This document shows positions 1 through 14,900 of a stretch of 64,000 nt of DNA, piece after piece. The translations under genes were made by a program, and so were the position numbers. Origin of the DNA: Octopus sinensis (taxonomy: Eukaryota); contig NC_042998.1 in the NCBI RefSeq assembly GCF_006345805.1, forward strand, positions 40,114,001 through 40,178,000, read 5' to 3'. The notes beneath the pieces were generated by a model. That model was given only the letters and a program-made list of their open reading frames with translations. It made no database searches and was not told the origin of the DNA. Numbering within the stretch: the stretch's first letter is position 1; each line of letters begins with the position of its first letter.

Positions 1-892
1 ACCAAATATTTAGTATGGAATCTGGAGGTGAGATACTAGAGGGATGACAAGATGAGAAATGCTTATTATGTCAAATAGGCCATGCAGTAAGCTAGTTCAG
101 CAAGCTTGTCATTACTGTAGGTAAAAGAGGCAGAGAATACAAAAACAGTGCATCTGTGAACCAATGTATTGATAACTGAACTTTTACTAGACTGTGGAAT
201 ATTTGTTACAGCAACAGCAGTGCCAACACAGATGTGTGAGCAATGCACCAGTACAAGTCTTGGCAACATATAAATCATCTTGATAAATGTAGCAAAGATC
301 AGAAGTATTTAGCACTTTGAGTACCATGGAAAACAGCTTCCAGATTTTCTTCAAATACAGGAAACAACAAAGGCAGTTTAACAGTATTATTATTGCAATA
401 ATAATAATTTGTGGATATGGTGTTGGGTTACAGGGTTGTAGGCCTTTGTCAAGATTTTACTTGTTTATCTTTAATTACTGGGCAGTTATTTTTTTATACA
501 CTGTAAGGACACTATGAATGATGTTTAAGTTACTAAGCTGCTTATTAGTTACTTAATTTAGTCCTATTAGTTTAACACTGATCGCCAACCCCTTCCATCT
601 GTGGGTCATTGTCTTTATTATGTATCATCATCCAGCTGTATGCTGTACTAAAAAATCTACCAAACTAACATTTAGGAAGCAATCCTTAAATTCTAGATAC
701 CAAATCAATCATGCTTCATACTATTTTTGGGGACATATTATATAATCTATTCTACATGTTAAAGTTCAGGTTTTATGCATATAGAAAATAATCTCTCCAA
801 CACTGTGTTTCTATATAGTTTGTAATTATAAAGTTTTTTGGAGCATATTAAAAAAAATATTTAGCTAATTCTCTTTTGCTGATTTTTCTCAG

Positions 893-3800
893 ATATTGAA
901 AGATCACCATTTATTGTGGTACCTTGGGTTGTCATGCAAGAATTAGATGCTCTTAAATCCAAAACTCGAATGGTGAGTTTCCTTAGTTGGATATTCAATT
1001 AAATTATTGAGTGTGTATAGAAGAAAACTTTCTTACTGCTGAGTATATGGACATTTGAGCTACAGAACATTTGTAAATTCTAATTTCTGTCTCTGAATGG
1101 TTGTTCCTCATTTTGGAGAGAACTTATATTCCAACTTAATTTTCTTGTACATATCTATTAAAAATGATATCTATATAAATATTTATTATCAGTGTTATTG
1201 TTGTTGTGTAATTAAATCATTGTTTTAAAGTGGTTGTGGTTTCTTTATTTGTCTTTGTTTAATTTGCAGAACTCATCCACTGCGAAACATGCTCAGAGAG
1301 CCATATCATTTCTTTTCAGTTGCTTCAACAAAAAGCATCCTCGAATTATTGGACAGTCTTCAAGAGAGGTATGTTACTAAGTAAAATTTAACCAGATTAA
1401 GGACTTTACATATTTAAAATCCTTTTTATTCTTCTCAGCAGTATTCTTGAAAGAACAAATAAAATTGTATTATCAATTCTTTTGAAGTAACACTAATCTG
1501 TATTTTCTGTTTAGAATTCTGATAACATTCTAAAACAAGTGCTTTCTTGATTTCCGTTTTTTGTTTCTACTCTGTTATTAATTCTGATTGATACATTTAA
1601 TTAGTAATTTCTATTTTTATTATGAATAAGTTGTTATTGGATTCTGCTATGAATAAGTTGTTATTGGATATAGAAGTAACCAACACATCAAATACTTGAT
1701 TTCTTGCAAAATCAGAACTACAGAATATTTAGAATATTTTGTTAACTAAGTTGATTAAAATTCAAAGTCAACTATTATATGATTTTCATTCAAAGTTTTC
1801 ATGTATTAAAAGATTTATTAATTACACCCTCTAGGGTGAACTAGCTTTAAATTTGAGATTTGAATTTTGTCAGACCCTATAACTCTATTAACTTTCTCAT
1901 TATGATCATCTTATCTTAATTGAATGTATGGTCATGAATTTTATAGTGGATTGGCTAGTCCTAGTATTACGGGTTGATAAATGCAGGTTTTTCATGTCAA
2001 ATAATTAGAATCTGTCTTTGATAGAAGTAATTTCTCATTCCTTTTACAGTTAAAAACAAAACAAAACATCCTACTCATTAAATTTGAATAATGTATTTAA
2101 AATACTTTAAAAAATGCCATTTTGGAGGAAGGAAAATATTTAATTCTGGAAATTTTAAAATTTCATTTTTATTCAACTGGTCATTTAGTATAATTTTGTT
2201 ACAGGCCATGGAACAGGATCCTATATTTATTGTTGAAAACAACGATGACAAAATACTTCAGTGTTGTATGCAATTCCAGAAAAAATGTAAGATTTAAAAA
2301 TATATTTATGATTGCTTGCTTCCTTATTATAATGGAGCTAAATGTGTATATTTATTTATGCATACATACATGCATGGATGCATGCCTAATAATAATAATA
2401 ATTTCTAAATGAGATACAAGACTAGAAATTTTTTGGGAGGGGAACAGTTGATTATAAACAAGCCCAATACTATCAGCCCCAAAGGGATGAAAGGCAATGT
2501 TGATCTCAGTGAGATTTGAACACAATATAAATAATGCAGGCTATGCTGTTTGAATTCTAACAGCGTTGCCAATCCAAATAATAATTTCTTACATATGCAT
2601 AAAGCTACAAGTTTTGGAGGAGGGAACAGTTGATTATTACAATCTTCAGTATATAATAATAATAATAATAATAATAATTGTGTACAGTGCTCAGGTGCAC
2701 TACAACTCATCTAAAGTGTATATATAATCAGGTGTAGTTTCGGTGGATTTCGGAAAGCATGAGGGCCTTAAAAGATGCAGTGTCATGGCAGTCAACAACT
2801 GACGCAGGCAGTTTATTCCATGCTTCAGCAACTCTGAGCGTGAAAAAATGTTTCCGAAAGTCATGGGAGCTGTATTGTTTTCTGACTTTGTAGGCATGTC
2901 CACGTGTGTTAGACACATGGAGATCAAAAAGGTGTTCAGTGTTGTTGTTGGTGAGGTGGTTGATAACTTTGTGGGTGTTTACCAAGTCCGTCGCCAAACG
3001 CCGGAGCTTCAGTGAATCCATGCCCAGGGAAACAAGGCGCTCAGAATATGGTAGGTGTCTGATGGAGGGTATGCGTTTGGTTGCACGTCTCTGGACAGAT
3101 TCCAGGAGGTCAATGTTCTGTGCAAGATAGGGGTTCCAAACTGATGATGCGAATTCCAAGTGTGGTCGTACCATAGCTGTATACAGTTTTAAATAGATGG
3201 CTGGAGAGCGGCTAACAAAAGACCTGCTGATTGATGCCAAGACACCCTCGGCCTTCCTGACAATCTTAGAGATATGCTTTGACCAACGCAAATCACTGCT
3301 GACAGTGATGCCTAGGTCACGCTCGCAAGAGGATTTCTTGATATCAGTGTTGTGGAGGGAGTATGTGAACGCAGGATTTTTTCTCCCAAAATGCATGGTG
3401 GTACACTTGTCCACAGCCAGTTTCAGTTGCCAGTCTGTGATCCATTGCTGCATTGTGTCTAGGTCTGATTGCAGGAAAGAGTTGTAGACATCAGGATCTG
3501 TCCTCTTGATTTCAAGGTACAGCTTGATGTCGTCTGCATATTTCAATACTGTGGCATTCTTTAAATTGGCATCTATGTCGTTAATGTATGCCACAAACAA
3601 GAGGGGACCAAGGACAGATCCCTGTGGTACACCCGATGACATCTCATATGGTGTAGAGTGCTGACTGGCATTATATTTTATCAACCTAAGATTAAATGGC
3701 AGACTACACATTAGTGGGGTTTCAACTCAGAATCTAAAGGGGCATGACTAAACACTCCAAAGCATTTTGTCTGATGTGCTACCAAATTTTGCAAATCCAT

Positions 3801-6800
3801 TATTTATTGTAATTTATAATGAAGACAATTTTCATTTCAAAGCCTAGGAGACACATCTTTAGAGATGGGAAATGAGGTAGTGAGTGAAATCTCAAAGAAA
3901 CTATTAATACTTGGGAATTTGAAGCAGTTTCATTGGTACTACCATTGCTTCAGTTCTAAATTTCTGCTGATTAATTTAACCACACATATTAGTAAAATTA
4001 GCATAACCTCTGAAAATACATGGCAATTTCAACCATTGATTCAGTGAGATTTATATTAACTGTTCATCTGAAATGTTTTCTTTTTCTTCATAGACCCACA
4101 CTGTTCAGTTGTGTTGTTCAGCAATGATAAAAACCTTTGCAATAAATCCATGATCAACAATGTAACAGCTTATACACAACAGGTACGTACATTGACTTGT
4201 TATAATTCTTATAGATTAAGCTTTTTAATATTTTTCACTATAACAACTTTAATATTAAGCAATTTTTTATTTCTCAATGGTAAATAATGGTTGAATTCAT
4301 GAAGTACAGTTTTACTGACTTAAACTTAATCAAGGCAGCTATTTTGATATCTGTAGGAAAGAAAATTAATTTTATTTACTTCAGTTTATCTAACTAAAGA
4401 ATTGCAGTTTAGCTATTTATCTTTTAGTTCAATGCTATGAAATTATTAAACCTAGGCTTTATGTACTGTTGGTGTTTTTGAAAAAAAAACATTTTCACTT
4501 TTAAGATATTTCAAAATTGGGAATCTTTTAAATTTACTTTAATAATAAGAATTTATCTATTATTAACCCTTTCGTTACTGTATTTATTTTGAGATGCTCT
4601 GTGTTTCTTTCAATCATTTTAAATATAACAAAGAATTTTGTAAAATAGCTTAGTTATCATTCAGCTAGTGTTTGGAACATAAATTGTGACTAAGGTTTGG
4701 TAGAATATTTTAATTCAAAACTTATGAAAACAAGATATTTTACCACAGAGTCAGAGCCGGTTTTGGCCGGGTTAGTAACAAAAGGGTTAAAGGCTTGTGA
4801 CTAGGCATAAGCTGTTAATGCAGTTTGAAGTTTTAAAGCATTTTACTTAATCTTGGGTGTTAGTTGTAATTGTGGGTGATTAAAAATTGATTTTAGGAAC
4901 TTATTGATAGTCTGCTCTGGCAAAAATCATTTAGTAAAGTTTGCAAATTTGTATAAGTATGTATGCCATAGGGAGACAAGAATACCGATGTTTCATGTAA
5001 AATTCCACAGAGAATTTTAATAACTTGGATGGTAAACTTAATTTATGACTTGATTTAATACTTTCATCTGACATGTGGTGAATAAAGATTGAAAGAGTAT
5101 ATTCCTTATAAATACTAAACTTTGAAAATATCAGATATTAGTTCATGTAGTAGTATCTACTCCTTTCAACTAGTGCAGTTCTGTAATTAATATTACATAT
5201 TGAAAATTATTGTTTTTTATTATTGTTCTGCATTCTTTGGAATTGATAATATGATCTTTTCTCTGTTGATAGTCAATAGAGTATGGTCTTAAAGAGCTGC
5301 TTGGAAAATCAGAAATTACCTTTGACTTCAGTGAGTAGCCACATTTTATATAGATTTATTTTTATGTTGTTGCTATTTCTTTTATTTTGTTGTTGAAATT
5401 GCTAGTGTTATATTGTTTTGGTTACTGTTGTTACTTTTGTTTAGTCCTAGTTTGGCCATGCTGCTGTTGCTATTGCAAATAATTGCAGAGGAGGGAAAAT
5501 AGAATAGTCAGAAAAAACTCTGAGCAGATGCATTACAGACTAAAAGTTACTCAAATTCTTTAGGAATAACTTGTAACTCAGGCACTCCATATTTCCATAA
5601 ATATCATGCTTCAGTATGGTATGAGATGCCATTGTATACTGCCATACAATGGTTGACTATGTGAAACATATGATGGAAGTCAGACATACTCTTACTCTTT
5701 TACTTGTTTCAGTCATTTGACTGCGGCCATGCTGGAGCACCGCCTTTAATCGAGCAACTCGACCCCGGGACTTATTCTTTTTGTAAGCCCAGTACTTATT
5801 CTATCGGTCTCTTGCCGAACCGCTAAGTAACAGGGACATAAACACACCAGCATCGGTTGTCAAGCAATGCTAGGGGAACAAACACAGACACACAACACAC
5901 TCACACGCATATATATATATACATATATATGACAGGCTTCTTTCAGTTTCCGTCTACCAAATCCACTCACAAGGCTCTGGTTGGCCTGAGGCTATAGTAG
6001 AAGACACTTGCCAAGGTGCCACGCAGTGGGACTGAACCTGGAACCATGTGGTTGGTAAGCAAGCTACTTACCACACAGCCACTCCTGTGCTTGTTTTAGC
6101 AAACTTAAAAAATTTTTTTTTTATTTTAGGTTATTTTGATTTTTAAATAATTCAATGAATGTAGTTTGCAATCCAGCACAGAATTTGGCTGTAAAGTGGT
6201 AATTGAATTGGCAGCTATGGTTGATGTTACACATTAGAGATTTTAATCACTGCATTCCACTGGGGTCAATGAAACTATGTAACAGTAATACACTGATGGC
6301 AGATTGTTTAGTTTGTGTTGCTGTTTTCAATGTTTTCAATCAGGAACTGGTATGATTTGGTTTGGCAATCAATGAAGGTGATAGGTCTTATTTTTAGTCT
6401 AATAGCTCTTGGATTTACCAACATATTGTGAACAAGCTTCAAATTGGTCTAGAGACTGAATGTTGATGCAATTAAAATAGTATAAAATAGAGTAGGAACA
6501 TTCAGCATTTTTCCCTGTTACACACAAAACAAAATCTTCTACAGCATATCAACTATGGATTTTCTAGCAGCATAGTTGATGTCTTATCCACTTAGTCTTT
6601 ATCACAGTTCAATTCTTAATTAAAGGACTTTTGTGGATTGTTTTCTTCCTCCAATTCTAAGGTAAACAATGTTTTAAATTTATCTTTCCCTCTGTTATTT
6701 AGATAATTCTGAGAATCTATCAGTTAATCATGGATCACATTCTGAGAAATGTTCTGATGCTACTACTGAAAATGAAAATCGAGAAGATATAATTGTGAGT

Positions 6801-8879
6801 GAAAAATATTTTTATTCATTCTCTTATGTTCCTTATTATTTTTATTGATAACATTACTTCATCCATTATCAGCATCATCTGTTTGTTCTTATTTTTCCAC
6901 AATACTGTAAATTGGATAAGTCTGTGATGGTCATGCATCTTCCCATGTATTGCCTTGCTCTGTCATCTATTTAATGTTCTTACTTATGTCTGACCTAAGT
7001 TTTTTTTTTCCTAAGGGGGTCTTTTATTATGTTATAGTTGACTGATGACACTTTTAGATAATCATTTTCTATTAACCCTTTTGATACCAACCTATCTGAA
7101 TCTGCCTCTGTTTTCAAAAATTCTGAAGTAAAATCCTCCACCAAACCTTAGTCACAGTTTATATTCCTAACACTAGCTTAATGATGACTAAGTTATTTTA
7201 CTAAATTCTTTGTTACATTTAAAATTGTTTGAAAGAAACACAGAGCATCTCAACAGAAATATGGTAACAAAAGGGTTAATTATAGACATAAAATAGTTTT
7301 CACTCTTGTATATTTCAACCAATGTTTTTATGCTTAGCTACTTCTTCAATATACTTATTTTCTAAATAATAACTATTTGTGAATAGTAGAATGAAATGCT
7401 TTCTAACTTACTCTTATCTATAGTATAAGTTTTTAATGTTCCTTGGGATTTATATATCTTTTAGAAAATGTATTTTGCTGAAAGTAAGTGTTATTAAAAA
7501 TCATTCACTCCTATATCTTATTTTCTCTGAAGCACTAATTATTGATCTTCCACAAGCTGATGCATCAAATGCTTGCATTTTGTGCAGCATCTATGGTACT
7601 AACATATCTGATCATACTAGCAATGATAATATTTATTACGATAATGATGGAGATTGTTGCAGTGATAGTAATTGTGTATGTGTGTGGGTGGGTGGTGGGG
7701 TTGTTGTTAAAGATAGATGGTTGATGATGATGGTAGTGGTAGTTGTGTTGCCTGTAGCAATGATGATTTGAAATAAAGTTTTTCTGTTTAAAGTAAAATG
7801 ACTGAACACTTTGAACCAAATTTAATTTTACTGATTAACCCATTAGCATTTAGATTACTCTGTCACATAATGCTTGTACATTCACATTGTTTTTCATTAA
7901 TCATGCATTATCTCATAGCTTTAAGATTTTGCTGATGTAATTATCTTTAAAATGACATTGTATGGTATGTGTGAGAGTCTGGATCTGACCTGTTTGAATA
8001 TAAGATGTGTAGAATATTCAGACCGGATATGGCTGGTTTAAACACTAAGGGTTAATTCTTTCTATGTGGAAGTTACAAACCAATATTGTTAACAATAACA
8101 CTATAATTCTTAATATCTAAGCTTGTCACTTTCATTTCAGGCCACTCAGATTTTTATTAAACTCAAAGACATCTTAGAAAAACTACTTGCCAAAATATTA
8201 GAAACTGAAATGAAACTGGCGTTTGATGATATCTGGTGAGTCTTTTAGGTTCTAAGGTTTGCTAAAATTTGTTACTTGAGATGCATTCTTTGAGGTGTAG
8301 ACATTTGTTTCAAGCTGTTATTTCGTAGTGGTTATCCATCATTTATGTAGTCGAACGGACGTCTATCAAAACACATGTGTCTTGACCATTGTCATCACTT
8401 GAAAATGGATTTTCATAAAATCAAGAGATATTTTCTAGTGGTCAGTGCTATTCAAGGGAGATAATTATTTCTTCATAATTTGAAGTTGGATTAGTATTTT
8501 AAATTTGAAATTAAGAAATTATAAGGAAAAAGATGCAGAGAATTTATATTTAATTTCTTTTTCTTAATTTCAAATTTAAATTTCTTATTCTGTTTTATAT
8601 AATGAAAACATGATTATCTCCTTTATAATAGCTGTGAATATTGGTTAAAACTATGTGTATTACTAGAGGGTTGTTCATTAATAAAAACGAAGGGCTGCAC
8701 ACTTTGTTTGCCACTAATATTACCTTAAGGTAAGTGCTATGGGTGTTGCAGCATTGGAGTCCAAGAGCTACACTGACCCATTATTATGATTTAATTATAT
8801 ATATAAAAGAGATTACAGGCCCATTTCTTCTGTACTGTACCCATGCTCAGAAACATGTATCTTATGTTGTAAACATATA

Positions 8880-8923
<44 letters not shown>

Positions 8924-11900
8924 CACACACACATATACAGGGGGGCATAGCTAGGGTAAATGGCGCCCTGGGCAAGCATCAAAATTGCACCACCCCACAA
9001 CCAAAAAGCAGCACATGCATTTTGTGAGGTCAAATAAGAACACCTATTCTGTCTAATGGCATGGATGGCGATAAGCAAAATAAACCATACCTGAAAAGGT
9101 TTAAAAAGTTTTTTTAAAGCTTAATTAGAAAATGATCTTGGCCAAAGTTGCACCTCACTCAAAGCGACGCCCAGGGCATGTGCTCTGCTTGCCCCACCCT
9201 AGCTACACCCCTGTGTGTATATGTACAAAGCCAAAAGATGATATTAATATTTATTTCCATTTTCTGTAACTTATATTTTTCCATTTTTAAAGGGAGCATA
9301 ATGCAATGCTCCAACTCATCAGATTCTATCAAACTGTCCAACCCATATCATCATGGAAACTGGGTATTAAATAACAATAAGAATGATGTCAACAACATCT
9401 CTGCCACAGCTGCTGTTGTTGCTGTTCTTATTTCATTGAAACAGCATTATCATTAATTTTTCTTTATGTAAAACAATGAGTAGTGTACTAGTTGTTATAA
9501 TAGTAATCATTTAATGTTTTATTTCTATAGGTTGGATATAGTTATCCGAAAGCCACCGTGGGATCTAATAGACATTTTATTTTGTATTAAAAAGTAAGTA
9601 TTTATCTAATTATCTATTTTTTATGTGGTTTATTCCTCTAAAAATTGTTAATCATTTTTAGTTTTTGTTTGGTCAGATATTGATTTTACTTAAACTATGG
9701 GCATAAAGTTTTTTTTTAAGATCCAATAAAGTTAAAATTGTATGATTTTGAGTAAACCTGATTGATGGAATAAAACAAAAATAAATTAGGAAACTATCAC
9801 TATACATCATTACCATTTTGGCATCTGTTTTCTTGTTTCTGGTATGATATAAATAGAGTACAAGTTGATGTAGTACATACTGCCTACTATTCCTAGGAGG
9901 GTCATTGGAGTAGGGTCTTCAGGTAACATCTCCATAGGTCCACACGGAAGTAACCACCACAAGATTTTTCAGCTGGACGCCCATGTGTGACCAACTGAGA
10001 CTATGGATATTATCCAACCATCTCATTCTTGGTCTACCTCCAGGTCTCCTGCCAGTTGGCTCAGCTTGAGGAATCTGTCTTACAAGTCTTTCTTGTGACA
10101 TTCTAATTACATGTCAGTAGTATTGGAGCTATGATCCCTGAATGTGGAGAAGTAGTAGCTTGACCTGGAGAGATTCCCTGCTCTGAGTTACACACCGTGT
10201 CAAGTTTGTTTATAATATGATATATCTATTTATTTTTTAAAAAGGGGTTTTTACATTTGTTTTTCACAACTTGATGACCTCACAGTTTGAAGTTTTGGTG
10301 TGAGCAACTTAGTTGATAGTTGTATAATCTTGTTCTGGAATAATATACTGTACTTATGGTTACAACAAATGAGGATTTGACTCACTGAACCTTTGTTCCG
10401 TGATAATTGTTGAGTTACTTTCTTTTCTTGGTATTTTAGATAAATATTTATTATATATAATTCAAGTATGATAGTTTCTTTTAGTTTTAAATCAGCTAAA
10501 GAAGAGAAGTGCAGGGTAGATAACTTTAGATTGTTGTTTGAAGTATTTCTTGTGTGAGGTTAGTATAAACAGCCAAAATTCTTGTTTTAAATGTTGTTGG
10601 TTAGTTATTGGAAGAAAAATTAATGTGGGGAGAGAATTTCAAAAGAACACTGTTTTTATTCCTTTTATTTAGGAGTTCATGGATTGTTAACTTGTTAGAA
10701 ATGAAAATATATATTTATATAGCCTGACTTATTAAAAAAAAAAGTACCAAGAATAACTAATATTTTGCTCTGATTTCTTTAGGCATTGGATTGCTGTATT
10801 TGGAATGATTTATGATGGAAATTCAAAAGACATTGAATCAACATTTATATCTCTCTATGAATATTTCGTTTCAGATAAAGGTAGGTTTGAATTGATCTGT
10901 AGATTAATAATAATATATTTTATACACAGTTCACTTCCAAAACTCTCTAAGCTTTATATCTGTTATATTATTATTACGGCTAACTTCTGTTGTAGATCCT
11001 ATTAAAGAGATGGAGCAAGTGCTTTCCCTGATACACAATAGTCATTTTGTGTTGAAACCATTAGCTGCTAAGTCTTCTGAGTAAGTTAATTTTATTTCCT
11101 TATTTCTTTTTCTATTTTTAAATGATTATTTTGGTGCAATATGCCATATTTTATGAGAGATGCTAAAAATACGAGCAGCTCAAACTTATTTATCCATGAT
11201 ACCCATTGAGTTACAATATTTTAACTTGGAAATAAAAAGAAGTAAGAAAAAAAGCAAGACAGGGATGCATTGTTTTTATTTCAAGTTATTCATATGATAG
11301 TTAGGAATGTTTTTTTAAATTTTCTTTTTTTTTTAAACTATTCATTTGTCCTTTTCATTTGCTTAAAGCTACCAGGAGGATATTAATCAGTACTTAAAAG
11401 TCTTAAATCTGATGGAAACAATTTGTACAGAGATTATCTCTAAAGCAGTGGATGTAAATACAATCAAAAGTATTGATGAACTTTTGGTAAAATACGCTGA
11501 AGCTAAGGTATGTTATGTCATATTATTTCTACTAACTGGTTATTAGCTGTATTTGTACTTTCTAACAGCTTATGAAAGCAATTGACAAAAAGGATAAACC
11601 TACACTTAGAGACTTCTGGAAGAAGTTGAACACAATGGATGCTGTGGATAACATAGCTGAGTCATGGGAAACACTCAACTTCGAATTGTGCAGACTGTAT
11701 CAGTGACTTTGTAAATTTTTCACAAGCAGAAAGCCTACATCAAATTTAGAAAGATATTGTGGCACTTACAAATTAAGTAGGATTGTAGGGAGTCATAGAG
11801 GATGATGTGGTTGAGTTGCTAGTGTTGCCTAGAGAAAGTTTATATAATGAGGTCTGATGTTGTTAGATCAAGATAGGCTAAGATGAGAATGCAGAAATTC

Positions 11901-14900
11901 CATCGACTCAACTCAGATTGACTGCAAAGAATATCATTAAAGTGTTGACACTTACAGAGGTAGGCCTGCAAATTTTTGCTGATATGTAATATCATAGTAA
12001 ATTACATTTCTTATGAATGTAATATAAGTGAATGAGCTCATTTTCTACACTGAACTGTACAAAGTGCAATGGGATGATGCATCTTAAACATCAAACAATT
12101 TTGGATATGTTCTTCACTCTTCAAGCAGATGTTGATGATCAACTATAAGTTAGAATATAGTGTCCCCCATCTTCCCAGTAACTTTCATTCCACCACCATC
12201 CTTCACATAGTAGTCAATATCTTTTATTGTAAGAATGTACTCTGTTATGATATTACAATTCCTATTTATTCCTTAACATATTTCTTTTCAAATGTTTTTA
12301 TGCATTCACATGGTACTGTGTATGTTTAGAAATTGTTATTTTCATGCATGAATGTGGTTGTGTGGCTTGTTTTTCTTTTTCTTTTTGTCATTGTTTTTTA
12401 TAAATATCTGCTGGAACACATTATCACTTTATAATATGGAAATCAATGAGAGAATTAGTTTTAACATTATGGTTAATTTTTCTGGAATGCATTACTTCTC
12501 TAACGGAGGAGATTCCTGTATTGTTGTAGCTAATATTAGATGTTAATGTTCTTTCTAAGGAGAGTCTACCTCAGCAAACAAGAGAGGCAAGGCAATTAGT
12601 AATATAGAGAGTACATGATCCACCTAGCACAAAAAAGAGTGTGGTGGAATTAATTGCTCAATAACAAATACAGTTGATCTTTTCCCTTAAAGACACACTG
12701 GCACATCTTGGTTTTATTCCATTTTTTTTATTGCTGAGTCTAAAACAGTGGTTCTCAACCAATTTTTGCTTATGGACCCCTTTGATTCTTATTTAACTCT
12801 ACTGGGCCCCCATGGTCATTTGATGTTAAATATTAGGAATTGTATTAAAAAATGTTAAAATATTTAGTTTATTATAGAAGTATAACCAATGAATTGCACA
12901 TAAACTTTGCTGATAAAACCTCATGTGGACCCTGTTGAGGAGTCCACTGGCTAAAGGAAAGGCAAAATCTATAGCCTTGCTTGACAGTGAAATTGATGCA
13001 GTTAATATTCTACTAAAACTCTTGCAATGCAACCTCTGCATAAAAGACATTAGTAAGAATGAGTTCCAGAGGACCAGCATTCTGTAGTGGGGTAGGGAGA
13101 GGACTGGACATAGCGGTTTGTATTAGAAATAGTGTTGTTACTGTATAAGCAATATTCTACAGGCATGGATGATCAAGCATCCCTTTTATGTCATGTTCTC
13201 AGCATGCTTGGTGGAATATCTCTTCACAACATTGCCACTTTTAACACTAACTTATATTATCTGACACCACAAAAGATTTACACTACTGTGTTAGATATAC
13301 ATCATCTATTTTCCTTTTATTTTTCATAATGACAAAATTATCCCTGTGAAGTAAAACATGACATTTTAATGTCCTGTGTAGCAGTAAATGTAAATTATGT
13401 TATCTTGTTAATTTATGATACTAGATAAATATTAACGTTTAGTAATGATTCTATAATTTGTTATTCATTAGGTGGATCATGGCTCTGTAAGTAAATCTGG
13501 TTCTGTTATGTTTAATGAAACATTAGCACTCAACAAATTTCAGAAAGTATGGGAACTTCTCAATCACTACTGGTAAGTTACATCACTTTGTGTCTATTAG
13601 TAATAATATGTTACATAACTAAATGTCTATGCTATCTTAAATGATTAGTGTACATTTTAACATTTTCCAGTGATATAGATTAGTTGTTTACTAATCTATA
13701 TTTACTAATCATATTTACCACACTGGCGTGGCTTGGATGGTTTGACAGGAGCTGACAAGTCAGAGAAGTGTGCTAGGCTCCATTGTCTCCTTTGGCATGT
13801 TTTCTATAGCTGGATGCCCTTCCTAATGCCACCCACTTTACAGAGTGTACTGGGTGCTTTTTATGAGACACCAGCACTGGTGCTTTTTATGTAGCCTCAG
13901 CACTAGTGGGATTGCCAAGTAACTTGCAAGAAAAGACCCCTTGGCTGGGAGAGGGAGTGGTACTGAGAGAGGTAATTTTGTGCTGGTTGAGAGGTTAAAG
14001 TTCAATAGAGGGATAGAAGCAGGTGTCTTACTATAAGAAGAGATACTTGGCTACCACACTAGGAAAAGAAAGGAGAGATAGAATTAGAGAGAAAGATAGA
14101 GAGACAGTCAGAGTGAGAGAGGTGAAATAGATGATGTTGGAGACGTATCAGGACATACCCATAAGGTACAGTGGGGTGTATTCAAGAAGGGGATGTTTCA
14201 TAAGTGTGTTGAGGGGAGATGTTTAGAGATCACATTGAGATCGGAAAGAAGGGAGGAATCTATAGTAGATATGTGTGCGCATGGAGTGTGTGTGTGGGTA
14301 GGCATGTAGAGGAGATATTTTTATGTAATTTTGGTAAATATATCTGTTAAAATGAGAAGTCGGTGTTATTTTCATTTTTGCATAATTTAAACGACAATAT
14401 ATTCACCACCCCCTCTATATATATATATTGGCCTGCTCGCTTAGCCAGTGGGGTGGCGTCGTTTGAAGGCTAAAACAATGCAAACGCATTGTGACCAGCA
14501 ATGTGTAGCAACATCTGATGGTCTGGTTGGTCACGTGATATATATATATATATATATAATCATCATCATCATTTAGCATCCATTTTCCATGTGAGCATGG
14601 GTAAGATGGTTTGACTGGAACTGAAAAGTTGCACCAGGTTCCAGTCTGTTTTGGTGTGGTTTATATGCCTAGATGCCCTTCCTAATACCATCCACTCCAC
14701 AAAGTGTACTGGGTGTCTTTTACATGTTACTGGCACAGGTGTCTTTCATATGTCACTGGCACTGGCCATGATTACAATTTTACTTAGCTTGATGTGTCTT
14801 TCACAAGTCTTTGGTCTACCCTATGTCTGAAATAGATTTTCAGGAAGTATAGTAGGTTATTTATGTATAACAAAAAATTTGTTTATAAATTTTAATGTAA

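Noticed and set aside
1-310. 70-aa minus-strand ORF
   Set aside because: No recognisable domain or splice context. It may be a very old LINE remnant, which cannot be supported.
2906-3487. Plus-strand ORFs at 2906, 3197 (and 29542, 34947)
   Set aside because: They are antisense shadows of the LINE RT frames.
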